Part shown: piece after piece, positions 51,401-64,000 of the stretch
Layout of the letters: every line of letters begins with the position of its first letter
Position numbering within the stretch: the first letter of the stretch is position 1
Assembly: GCF_000150275.1 (NCBI RefSeq)
Contig: NW_002060958.1
Location: 1,444,088-1,508,087 of the forward strand
Source of the DNA: Trichoplax adhaerens
Taxonomy: Eukaryota; Animalia; Placozoa
Direction of reading: 5' to 3'
DNA: 64,000 nt
The notes under the pieces: generated by a model
The model's database searches: none
What the model was told of the DNA's origin: nothing
What the model saw: only the letters and a program-made list of their open reading frames with translations
Translations under genes and position numbers: made by a program

Positions 51401-52779
51401 TTGCACGATTCATTAAAAGCATTCACTTATAATATTTAATGGATATTAATGACTCGTTATTTCTCTTCCGTCACAGAATTAGTCTGTCAATATTTTTTCT
51501 ATTTTGATGATCCATTGGAGGATTTTATTTATAGTTTTGAAGGATAACCGGAATAGAAAGGGCTTACCACCCGCTATAAATAAACTATATAGTCTTAAAT
51601 TAGGACAATCGAGTACAGTTTTTGGTGCTAGATACTATTAGGAATTACTCATAGTTCAAGAAAGTAGAGCAGTCAACATCCATGTGTACTGTGTAAAATT
51701 TAATTAGATTATAATTGTGAAGAGTTCGAAAAGAATTTTACGATTACTAAATTTCACAACAAGCTAATTGAATAAAGTGCCAAGTCAATTTGCTAAAGAA
51801 TCATACGCGAAAAAGTGCAAACGAACAAATGATTGCAACGATTTCATGATAACGGAAATAGAGCAAACAGTCTAAAAGAAGCAGAAATTACGATACTATA
51901 TTTAGCTTGGTAAAATCAGTCGAGATGTGGAAACGATGGCAACGATTGCATGAGTAATATAAATAAAGCAAGTAGTAATCGATTTATCTTTTCATTCGTT
52001 ATGAATAATTTTAAAGTTGGCATCAACATGCTGATCCAAGTGTTATAAAGAGTAAAATCAGACTCTCTTATGTTGTTAAATAGTCAATGACGGAACTTAG
52101 TGAACTAAAATTATTACACAAGATAGGTATATTACTGTTGAAAATGCATGATTAGATTAAAAATCACTTATGGAATAGATCAAGCGATAGCTACATATAA
52201 GAATGGGCATTAAGCATACAAGAGGAAGTAAAGAATCTATTGGATTACTTCTGCCTGACTCCATCATTGAATTAGTTCGAAATAAAAAAACTATTTCTCT
52301 TCATTGACTTGTAGTATCCAAGATATTGTAAGTTACCTTAGCTCTTTTCAGCTTGGAAAATAAAATCATGGAAAAAGAAAGGAGTGGATCCAGCGGTGTG
52401 AGAGAGAAAATGAACTGATGTGTGACATCGGGATGGTCTATAAAATTGTCCTGATTAGAGTCAGAAAATACAGTAGATGACAGCCATCAAAAGTAGAGAA
52501 TGGAATAATCCAGGCAGCCTTGCCGATCTTTGGGTGTTAATAGGTTCATTATCTCAGCGGAAGTTGAAAACTAATTGAACTTGGATAATGACAGAAATGT
52601 TATTCAGCTGTAAAATATTCGGATTGGTTGATTGGTGTCATGATCGGATACTTCTACAATAATCATCGATAACCCTGCTGCAAAATCTTTTCGATCTGTG
52701 ATATCGCATAGAATGATTGAGCAAATTGTATCAACCTTTTGACTAGGTTGGAACTAATGATAGTAACTTTTCTCCATTA

Positions 52780-55700
52780 TAACAAGACAATTAGCTTTCT
52801 CGAAACAGAAGAAGTTAGACAGTAAGCATTCTACAATAACTTTTTCATTTTGCAAGTCAATGCGTTACTCGTTGAATTCTTGTCAAGCCAATTTATTTTA
52901 GTCTATCATTTTGTATAAGTTTGCATAGCGTTAGATTCTTCATTTTTTCCGTCATAACAACAGAAATAACGCTATCGGAAGACAAGAAGTTGGAGAGTAA
53001 GCATATTCTTATATTATATCAAATCGAAAGTAAATCTCTAGTTGATTGCATTATTCTCTAATTAATTTATTCTGATCGATCACCGCAGACTTGTATTCGG
53101 TTTCTTTTGCATAAGTACAGAGTTTGAGGAAACCACAGAAATAACGTTATGTAAGGACCAGAAGTTGGAGAGTAAAAAATTCTCCTTTGCTATTTCATGT
53201 GGAAAGTGTAGGCCATGTTCATTGATTATTTTGTGTCATCATCAATCTATTCTAGTCTGCTACATTCTATGCAATTTCTTTGGGATTGTCATAGAGTTGA
53301 TTACATCTTTTTCCGTCCGAATAACTACAATAATACTATTGCAAGACAAGAAATTGGAGAGTAAAAATATTCGTGCTCTCTGCCATATCGAAAGTAAAGA
53401 AGGCCTTGGCTATTGAATTATTCTTAAACTAATTGATTCGAATCTTTCATTTCAGACTTGTATTCGGTTTCTTAGTATAACTACAGAGTTTGGAAGTAGT
53501 AACAGAAACAACGATAGCTAAATACAAGAAGTTGGAAAGTAAAACTTTCCTTATGCTATTTCAAGAGGAAAGTAAAAAGCCTTGTTCATTAGTCTGCCAC
53601 CTTACATTAGGTTTTCGTTAGCCATAGACTTCGTTAGCCATAGACTTAAACTTAATCATTCTCCGTTAGAACATTAGAAAATAACGTTATTGCAAGACAA
53701 GAAGTATCACTTCAGACTTGTATTCGGTTTTTTTGTATCACTACAGCACCTGGAGTAACAAGAGAAACACTTTCTCTTATGCCATTTCATGTTAATGTAA
53801 GGCCTTATTCATTGAATGATCATAAATTATATATATGCAATATAATTAATCTGTTCTAGTCTTCCAGCTTACATTAGGTTTCTTTGGTAGTCATGGAATT
53901 AGGATTAATTATTTTTCGTTAGAACAACAGAAGTAACGCTATTGCTAAGCAAGAAGTATCATTTCAGACATGGATAAGGTTTCTTTTGCATCACTGCAGT
54001 GTTTGGGGATAACAACAGAAACAACGATAGCTAAATACAAAAACTTGGAGAGTATAAATTTTCTTAGGCTATTCCATGTGGAAGCACAGACCTTGTTCAT
54101 GAAATTATAATAAATTATATATATCATAATTAATCTGTTCTAGTTTGCCACCTTACATTAGCTTTTTTGGACGTAGCCATAGATTTAGGCTTAATCATTT
54201 TCCGTTTCAATCATAAAAATAACGCTGTTGCAAGACAAGAAATTGGAGTAAGAATATTCTTATGCTGTCATCGAAAATAAAGGCCTTGGTCATTGAATTA
54301 TTTTAGAACCAATTTGTTGTGGTCGATAATTTAATATTCGATTTCTTTTGCTTAGCAATCGAGTTTGTAGGTCATTTCCCCTCATAGAGCAACAGAAACA
54401 ACCCTATTTATTTGGAAAGTCAAGGCCTTACTCACTGATCTATTCAATAATACATATCTATAATTAAGCCATTTATTGTAGTTTACCACCTAATATTCGA
54501 TTTTTTTACGCTTAGCAATCGAATTTGCGGGGATTTTTTTCCCCTTTATAGAGTAGCAGAAGCAAGGATTTCTATATAGCATGTAAAGACCTTATTGATT
54601 GATTGATTCACAAATTCAAAAATCCGTTGCTGTCTACAACCTAATGTTCCATTTCTTATGTATAGGAATCGAGTTTACGATTATTCTTTCCCTATAAAGT
54701 AAAGAAAAACAATGCTATCTGACACGTCAAAGTTGTATAGTAGAAACCATTTTTCCATGGCATTTTTCTAGTCTATCCCCAATATCAAATTTCTTTTGCA
54801 ATCCTAGACACTTTTAGGGAAACTCTTTTCTTATCATTTTTTCCCTATAAAGTAAGAGAAACAACACTATCGGACAAGTCAAAATTGGATAGTAGAAATG
54901 ACTTTTCTATGTCATTCTTCTAGTCTATCCCAATTGTCAAATTCTTGGCAACGCTAGACAGTTTTAGGAAACTCTTTTCTTTTATAGCTACAGAAATAAT
55001 GCTATTTCTAGAGAAGAAGTCAGAGAGTGACATTTTTCTAGATCATTACAATCACTGATGAGCACAGTCGGTTTCTTTTGCATCATAATCCAGTTTTATC
55101 TACTCTTTCTCTTCTAACGGCAGAAAAAATGATTTCTTAAAAGTCAAAGTTAGGTAGTTTAAATGATTTTATAGTATTCTTTCCATCGATCAGCTAAAGT
55201 TCGATTTTATCTGCAATGGTAGAACATTTTAGGGGTATTTCTTTTCCATTATAGCAAGAGAAACAACAATATCTCTAGAGGCGAAGTTGGATAGTGGAAA
55301 TTTTTTTCACTCTATTCTGCTAGTCTGTTGCCTAAGATGACTTTTCTACTGAGCGAGGAGTTTAAGCAAACTCGTTCTATTCCAACAGCGAAACAGCGAT
55401 ATCTTAGAATGCAATTGGAATAGTAGAATTTTCCTACGATATTCTTATTGCATAAGGAAGAGTGACTTTTCTTCCGCATAACTGTGGAGATTTTACCGAA
55501 TTCCTCTCTGTTCCAACAACCAAAAATAAGATATTCTAGAGTGCAAGTGGGATAGAATTTTCCTGTGACATTGTTATTGTAAAAGAAAGAATGACTTTTC
55601 TTCTGGATAACTGTGGGGATTTTATCGAATTCTTTTCTATTCCAACGACCTAAAATAAGATAGCTTAGAAAGCAAGAAGAATAGTAGAATTTTCCTATAA

Positions 55701-57640
55701 TATTCTAATTTCAATAGTAAGCATCTTGATTATTGAATTATACCACGTCTACCAGATCCGTAAAACTAATTACTGGTAAATTCATTGTAGTGTATCACCT
55801 AAAAGATTTCCTTCACATGCTATCGAGTTTAGGAGAACCATTTTCCATTCAAACAACAGATATCTTACTATAAAAGTTTTTTAGTACACCATTCTTGTTT
55901 CAAAAGCAACGATCTTGCTAATTAAATTATCCGCTAATAAACCCAATGTAGCGTATCACTTCAACGATTTTTAGCAAAGCTCTTAACTTTAAAGTCAACA
56001 TGAACAGAAATAGGGCTATTTCACGAATAGAAGATGAATAGTAGAATTTCTCAATGATATTCTATTTTAAAGTAAAAATGTCACTAATTCAATTAGCCTG
56101 TAAGCAATCCGATATAGCGTATCGTTGAAAAGATTTCTTTTACATCGCTTAGAGTGTACGCCACCCAGTGAAAGAAATATTGCTATTTCAAAGGGAGAAG
56201 ATAAATAGTTGAGTTTTCCATTGGATAGCAGAAATAGCATCATTTCAAAATGGAAGATGAATAGTAGGAATATTCCTTTGACAATCTCATTTTAAAACGA
56301 AGGAGCTTGTTAATTGAATTATCCTATAGCAAATCCATTGTAGTCTATTGCTTAAAAGATTTCTTTTGCATATCTCTGGAGTTTCGGGCAACCATTGACA
56401 AAATAACGATATCTAAAAGGGAGAAGATCTAGAGTAGAGTCTCTCTTTAATAATCCCATTTTATAAGAAAGAATTTTGATCGCTGAAAGATTCTACAACT
56501 AATTTGTTGTAGAATATTGCCTAAACGAATTTGTTATAGCTTTATAGTTTACAGCAATTACTAACAGAAATGACGATATCTCAAGGGGAGAAGATCTAGA
56601 GAAGACTTTCTCGTTGATAATCTCATTTTATAAGTAACGATTCTTTTTATCGAATTATTCTTTAATCAATCTGTTGTAGAATATCGTCTGAATGAATTTG
56701 TTATAACTCTAGAGGTTCGGGCAACCATTGACAGAACGAAGGATATCTCAAGCGGAGAAAATTTACAGTAGACTTTTTCTTTGACAATCTTACCTTATAT
56801 GTATAGAACCTTATTTATTGAATTACTTTAAAGCCAATTTGTTGCTGTATAGTATTTCTGAAACGAATTTGTTATAACTCTAGAGTTTAGGGCAACCATT
56901 GACCGAAGGAGCGATATCTCAAGTGAAGAAGATTAAGAGTAGAGTTTCTCTTCGACTATCTTATTTTATAAGTAAGGAATCTTATTCATTGAATTATTCT
57001 ACGACCAATCCGTTGTAGAAGATGGCCTAAGCGGATTGTTATAAATTTAAAGTTTTAGCGTAGTTACTGTAGGAAATAGAGATATCTCAAGAGTAGATGA
57101 CTTATACTAGGAGTATTCCTTTTTTCAAAGATAATTCCTCTGTCACCAATCCGTTCTAGTTGATCACTTGAAAGTTATTTTATCCAGCGACATGTTAAAC
57201 ATTTTCACTCATCACCTCGGAAACGACAATTTATCATAAGTCAAAGTTAGTAGAAGGAGTTTTCTTATGAAATTTATTTAGTTTATTGCCCAATTCAATT
57301 TCTTATGCCTAGGTATGTAATTTCTCTCATCACAACAAAAATAATAAATACTTCAACTGTAGGTATTGGATAGAACTCTCATATAAGGGATTATTCAATA
57401 TCATCCATCTCGACTATCCCTTCATCAGTTTCTTTTGCCTAGCTATCGAGTTAAAGGGAGTCCATCTCCCCATTATAACAACCCAACTATTAATATCCTA
57501 TCGTCCAGAGATTGAAAGTAGGCATTTTCCCATGATGTTCTCATTTCAAAGGAAAGTCAATGTTGATAACATGATTGGGCAACATAATTAATCTGTAGTA
57601 ATCTATCACTTATTGGGTTTTATTTTTGCGTAGTGATTGC
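52780..57640. repeat. Long, highly diverged tandem array (~130-190 bp units, roughly 30 copies)
   Basis: A recurrent core AACAGAAA(T/C)AACG(C/A)TAT...AAG(A)AGTTGGA(G/T)AGTA(A/G)A..TTT near 52960, 53135, 53325, 53502, 53925, 54014, 54210, 54708, 54860, 54995, 55262, 55398, 55530, 55659; GATATCT anchors at 56408, 56575, 56742, 56913, 57081. Confidence 0.8.
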
Positions 57641-58309
57641 GTTAAGGTGAGAGAAGTGCCTGGACAGAAAGTGTGAACTAAATAAATAATTCCAGTCTAG
57701 TAAGGATTATCCTTGCAATGCTTTCTTCTAGGCCTATCTAGCCTTCTTAGTTTTCGTATTAGTGCATTAGTCAGCATGATCATGTGTCGATGCTGTAAGC
57801 GATTATTCCTCTACGCTCGGAAAGATTTTAAATTTAAAACAGGACATCAGGGGTACATTTGTAGAAGTCCATGGTCATGGTATAACTAGGACTCCTTTAG
57901 GAGGCGATACCAGATAGGAGGATGATCATTTGTCCAAATCGAATCTATATTTGACGGCTATTTCAGGTACAAACTCTATTGGAACGAATTACTTTCTTCA
58001 AGGGTTTTCTACAAGCTATATAGTGTCAGTGATGCTGTTCTTGACTACTTTAATATCGATTAATGGATGGGATAGAGCATTATGCTATTATAAATTCGAT
58101 GAAAACCCCTGTAGGAAGAGAGACAGCAGGATGAAAATCGATTATCATTTTACTAAACCGATATTAGATTCAATGCTCAAGTGGGAGATTGAATGCAGAA
58201 ACCTCTTGCTACGATAGTGTTAGTCTCGATACATGAGATAGCCATTTTTCTGCAACGACTGATTAATTATAGTCATCATGGCTGCCCAAGGATTTAGAAT
58301 AGGGCGATG

Positions 58310-58805
58310 CTACAACTAAAATGCCTGTTGAGAAGGATAGAGACTATAGATGAAAGAAGAAATGGAGGAACAAGCCGAAATTATTGTTGCGAGTGAAATA
58401 CCTGTAGAAGGAGAGAAACTATAGAGGTAACAAGAAATGAAGAAGTAACCTGAAATAGTGGTTACAATTAAAATGCCTGTAGATGAAGACAGATGAAGAT
58501 ATCAAGGAATCAAATTTAAATTATTGTTACAAATGAAATATAAGTAAAAGAAGAGACTGTAGACGTAAGAAGAAATGTAACAGCAATCTGAAATAGTACT
58601 CACAATTAAAATACTTGCATAGAGACTGTAAATGGAAGAAGAAATGAAATGAAGGAGCAAACTAAAATTGTTTGTTGCAATTAAAATGTCTGTACAGGAA
58701 GAGAGACTAGGAATAGAAGAAACAATCTTAAATAGTTGTTGTAAACGAAATTTTCTGTAGAAGGAGATAGACTGTGGATGAAAAAAGAAATAAAGGAACA
58801 AGCTT
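58310..58805. repeat. Degenerate purine-rich tandem repeat, ~7 copies of 65-78 bp
   Basis: ACAATTAAAATGCCTGTAGA..GAGAGACT(A/G)TAGA..AAGAAATG..GAAAT(T/A)..TGTT-like units starting near 58312, 58390, 58464, 58529, 58602, 58678, 58742. Confidence 0.75.
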
Positions 58806-61800
58806 CCATCTCATTAAAAATCCTTGGAAAGTTTTTGTCAATAATCTCCATCAATCATGCTATACGTACATTACTCGAGAAATAATATCAATCTTGATGA
58901 ATTTCTCCTAATTCATAAAATGATGTGAATACATTTTTAAAATAAAATTAATGTAGATTAATGAAAAGCGAAGCGAAGAACAAATTGTTGATGGAATGGG
59001 CATAAAATCCAATTAAAGGGATGTTAGATAGTTGGGAAGAATAAAATTGGATGATAGCGTGTCTGCAATCACAATGAATGTCTTTGGATGGATATTATCG
59101 TGAAAGTAAATCATTTAAAAACTCTTTCTATTTTCTTCTGGTTTTACTACCCTTCACCAAAACATCCATTTACATTTCTTTTACATAAGAATAGTACATG
59201 TTTTCTAATAATGAGAGAATTTGCTATAAAGAAATGGACTGATCTTCTATTACTGCTCGTTAAAAATACGAATCATATCATTCTTACTTAAGAATTACTT
59301 GTAATGTCATATACAATCATGACAGCAAGAGAATTAATCAGTTGTGATGATGAAAAAGGGTAGAAAGGATGACTGTGAACATGGTAAATTACATCGTTTA
59401 ATGATATGGTAATAACACCAAGTTGGACCAGTTTTTCTCTGCTATTGGAAGAACCATCATGGATTTAATCACTGGATTATTCATTCATTGATCCTTGATA
59501 ATACATCAACGATCGACAAATTTATTCCCACCTTCACCATAATACGATGATTCCTTGTTGTCAAGGACCAATGATCAAATTTAATAAGCGTTAAAGTTGC
59601 TATTTTTTCTACCGTTGCTAGACAACATTTTTATTTTTATTTTAGAACCATTTTCCCATCTTGCACTTAGATCCATTGGACAAGAAATGAATCAAACTGA
59701 TTATAAGATATAATGATAGTTTTCAATTTTGCCTTACCTACTGGATGGGTGATTCCACAGCACTATCTTGCTTCCACTATTAAAATGGATCCATGCAATC
59801 GATTTAGAAATACAAGCAGTCGACACGAGATGATGGCCAATAGAAGAGAATCAACAGGGATAAAAGGTAGTAGTAAGATTGATTCTGTTTAACTTTTTCA
59901 TTCAACGTATCAAAAGGCGGCTTAAAACATAACAAACTAAACAAGTCAGAAAACAGTAGCTAACTCAACTGGAGATAATTGAATAACTCGAGCAAGCCTG
60001 TTCAATCGGTCTTACTATCACAACAAGTGCAGCCTTTTTTTCTTTCAGTTTCTTACTTTCTTGTGTATGTATGTGTATGTGTGTTGTTATTTTATTTGAT
60101 TTACAGTAGAAGTATTTTGGTATAGATGGCAGACTTTAAAGAGGCAAGAGAGAGCTACACCAGGCATACACACATGTTTCACATCCTGTCTTTCTTTAGC
60201 CCGTCTACTACCAAAATAGATAGAAAGGTCAGCGCTAGGAATACATCGACTAAACCAACCTAAACATCAGATGGATAACAAGTTGAAATCAAGTAAAATT
60301 GATGCTGAATTGGTATACCAGTAAAATTGAATAAGTTATTGTCATGCGATGAAGAGCAATGGTAATCGATTGCATTGACATCAATACAGACCATGGACTC
60401 ATTAATAGCTTGATGATTATTCTTCAACTCTCTTTTCCATCCTATCCATTCTGTCTTGCTATTTTTCTACCTGATTGATTCTTTTCTTTATCATTCGAGG
60501 ATGGTAATAAATTAACAATGATGTATCTATTGTTATTCGACGTTGTTAAGGCGATCATCTATTGTATTAATAAAGATATTGTTATGTTAATGATCGTTAT
60601 CTAGCGTACAACAATAGAGTAGAACAATAGATAAAATTAATTAGGAAATGATGATTCTTTTATCAACAATCCTTGGCTAGCTATTTCAATGATGGTTATT
60701 CTATTCAAGAGTAACTTTTCTTTTGGTTTACATGCCTAGCAATAGGACAATAATGCAAATGCTTTCTTCTACATGGCGATGCTTGGAAATGGCCATCCTA
60801 TTCGCTGGATTAGTGCAAGAATAGATCTATTCGATGGGACTCGATGACGTTGGATAAAAGATATCCATTCTCTTCTTTCCAGTTAAGGTAATTTTCTCTT
60901 CCATTTTACTCTATTCAATGGTCTATTTGCAGTTAGAGCTATCATCTTCTATTATAAATGTCAATTGTCGTCTGTTATCGAGATATGATTATGCCACACT
61001 CAGGATTCCCTCCTTTCATGTTTATTTCTATTTACTTGACCTTATAGGATAAGGTTATAGTACTAGCGGAAACGCACTTTCTATTTCAGTCAAATCCAAT
61101 GTCCAATCAGCTTTGATTGAGTGCTAAATGGAATCGGTGATGATGTTGAATCAATGAATTAATTCAATGTTTGAATAGCTGAACAGCCTGCTATAATAGA
61201 CGAATACTTATCGACTACAGTTGGTGTACATGTCTACGATACTAACTTGTCCACGTAGTTCGTTCTCTATTTTGCCAGAAGTCAAACTCCATTGGAAAAG
61301 GTTACGAGTATGAACTTAAAGGAAAGGATGACTGTGTTTCTTCCATAACATCAAAGCCATGATAGTAGCTGGGCAATCGAATAACCATAGAGAAGATAGC
61401 TTTGCTTCGCTTGATAGTGGCTTTATAATATAGTGTACTACGTGTATTTAAAAAAAAACTGAGTTAATTGATAGCTAATCCCTTAAATCGAAAATCCTGC
61501 TTGCTTAGATTAACTTATGCGGTAGCACTCGATGCACTTCTCTATATGAGCTCATATCCGTCATACTGGTAGGATATCGATTAACAACTAAAAGTACAGT
61601 GTAGTTTTGCTTCATTGATGACTATATAATCTCGTAAGAAAACTTGGGTATATTAATGGATAGGAATTTGAATCCACAGATGGGCATTTGTTCCTTCACA
61701 ACTAAAATTAAGATAGAGATATCTATCGTAGTGATCTAACTTGATTTAGCAAATTGTGATGTGTTTTCGGCATGGAAACTTAGATGAATACTGCGGTACT

Positions 61801-64000
61801 GATGCGAAATTCCAAAAACCGAAAATGTAGCTTGATTTGAGTGACTGTTATCGAAAGAGACAGGCTTAAATGTATTCTAAATACAATTTTCAACCAAGGA
61901 TAGACTATCCATAAACAATCTAAATGCATCTTCATTAGCTTGACTTTAATCTTATGTGGTGGACTCGATAAATTTTTCTGTTGATAAATTCCAATCAATG
62001 AATGATCTGTCCGTTAATAGTTGAAAGTATTACTTGATTTGATGGATTAGCATCGAATAGGCCTAGTTGGAGTGGGTTTCTGAATAACAATTCCATCAGC
62101 AAGCAGGCTATCCGTTAATTTTAGACTCGGGTAACTTTTCTGAAGATAAATTCTGATCGATAGATGATTTATCCGATAATAGCTGGAACTATCGCTTGAT
62201 TTGATTGACTTGTATCAGACAGAACTGGCTAGAGTGGGTTTCTGAATAGCAATTTCATCAACGAACAGGCTATCCGTTAATTATTAACGATCGAAAGTAG
62301 TTCTTAATTTGACAGACAGTAGCTCTACAGAAGTGATCGGATATATTCCTGTACGCTAATTTAAATCAATTGATGCGCTATCCATAAAAAACTGAAAGTA
62401 TAATTTGGTCGAATAAATAAGACCGGGTAGGGCATGGTTAATTGTATTTCTGAATACAAATTGAAATTAGTCAATTGTTGACGGATTTAAATTTTTATTC
62501 AAAAATTCATTCAAGCCTAGCAACCAAGTCGTATCTTTAGTAATTCGCCTATAAATTATCTATTGATTTGAATTAGCTTACCGAAATATTATACTCAAAT
62601 CTATCCACAAGAATATTGGCAATCAAACATAAAACGTACTTTCAGTTATTGAAACATGCATTGTTGACTAAGTTCAATTTGAATTCAAAAACACATCCAA
62701 GTCTATCAAACCAAGGCGTACATTTATTTATTCTCGTATAAATTATCCAACGATTTGAATTCGTACACCGAAATAGGATACTCTGTTTATCCTACCTATA
62801 AGATCGTTTGTGTTCAATTATAAGATGCACTTTGATTGATTAAAAAATACCCTATACCTTCAATACACTTGCCTAAACATATCTGCCAGTTTTTAACATA
62901 ATTAATCAAGATTTTCGGTCCACACCTGACAGATTTAGTCAGAGATCACAAATCTGGCAAATTTGTTTGAACAAGTATCTTAAGTACCTATCCACTAACA
63001 ATTACAAGTTGAACTCAACTTGAGTGGATATTATTTGTATATAATGAGATATAATGGAGGTGTTCAGTATATGAATGTTGAATGAACTAATCCACTAATC
63101 GTTATTTAGAAGGATCTTAATTGGATTGATAGAGTCTGTATATGCTTATGATAATCCTTTTCTGGGTATACCTGCAGCATAAATTTTACCCAATAATTAG
63201 TCTGATTTTATGATTTGGTTTAATTGACTATAGATGAATATGTAAGGCTAGTACAGTTATGATCTTATTGGATAGGATATGTGTGTTGTTATGTAAAGGA
63301 TTTTGAATCGGTAGGTAGGCTATCCCTTACGACTAAATGAGCAATAGAATTTGATCAACTTAGACTTTGTAAACGAGTTCGGATTGGAGAATAGGCATCC
63401 ATAATTTGAATTTAAACCGCTAGTATGATTTTTGATTTCATAACAGATTATAAGACTAATAGTAAAGTTAAATGTGTAACTAAATAGTGCTTAAAAATTA
63501 AAACCTGCCTTAGAAACCGAAAATTTAGCTTGATAGGATAAATTTTTACTACTGGCACATCACTCTAACAGCAGTAGATGTGATTCGATTCAGTAGACTA
63601 TTTACCATGTCAATAAATCAAGCATGTTTGATTTGATTTGACTTAATGGGCTAAGAATACCATCATCGATATCATTTTGGATAGTAGCTGTGGAAAGAAA
63701 CTTGGTAACTCTTAGTCTCCTTCTTGAATAAGTTTGCAAGACTATAAATGGTACATCATAGAAAAAATTGGACAATCAATACCATACAGAATCAGCTTTT
63801 TGTCTATTGCAATTTTAAAGGATAGAATACTGTTCAGGTTCTATATTATTGCAATAATCAATATAAAGTATCTTACATAGAATGAAGCTCGATAACTCCA
63901 AATTTTATTCTTTAAACGCTTATACAACACTTTAAATTGTTTATCGCGGAAGAGATTATACCAAACAGAACCAGCTCTTTGCCTGCTACTATTACAGTAT

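Noticed and set aside
52780-57640. Degenerate LRR/ankyrin-type coding repeat or transposon
   Set aside because: Trial translations hit frequent stops and showed no repeat-protein consensus; unit lengths are not consistently multiples of 3; no terminal repeats or transposase/RT motifs.
1-64000. tRNA, rRNA, snoRNA, U12-type introns
   Set aside because: No convincing cloverleaf, paired C/D boxes or RTATCCTT donors at exon ends were seen by eye; tRNAscan-SE and Infernal would be needed to exclude them.

Overview
AT-rich eukaryotic (animal) genomic DNA with short GT-AG introns. The compact gene structure and gene content suggest an early-branching metazoan such as a placozoan, but this is inference only. 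By manual exon stitching I can support eight protein-coding genes: (1) a secreted, probably GPI-anchored mosaic protein (SP-LRRNT-LRRCT-like-MAM-kringle-SRCR-SRCR-MAM) with two paralogous alternative last exons; (2) cytoplasmic methionyl-tRNA synthetase (-), head-to-head with (3) MRPL32 (+); (4) a ZnT2/3/8-type SLC30A zinc transporter (-), head-to-head with (5) CDK5RAP3/C53 (+); (6) an ATF2/ATF7/CREB5-family bZIP (-), head-to-head with (7) an ERICH2-like gene (+); and (8) an intronless class A GPCR (-). The last ~15 kb has no supportable CDS but holds old, degenerate tandem arrays. The most notable observations are: an array of four CLEAR/E-box-like GTCACGTG sites with (GA)n spacers between the zinc transporter and the ER-phagy receptor C53; an expanded Trp-free ID[F/Y]GD motif array in C53; duplicated GPI-tail exons; a Met-rich uORF in the MetRS leader; TACAGTA-rich islands at the shared promoters; a 74-bp minisatellite with ABCC higher-order structure; and a ~4.9-kb array whose unit drifts along its length. 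No tRNA, rRNA, CRISPR array or transposon ORF was recognised. Exon boundaries were read by eye and may be off by a few bases.
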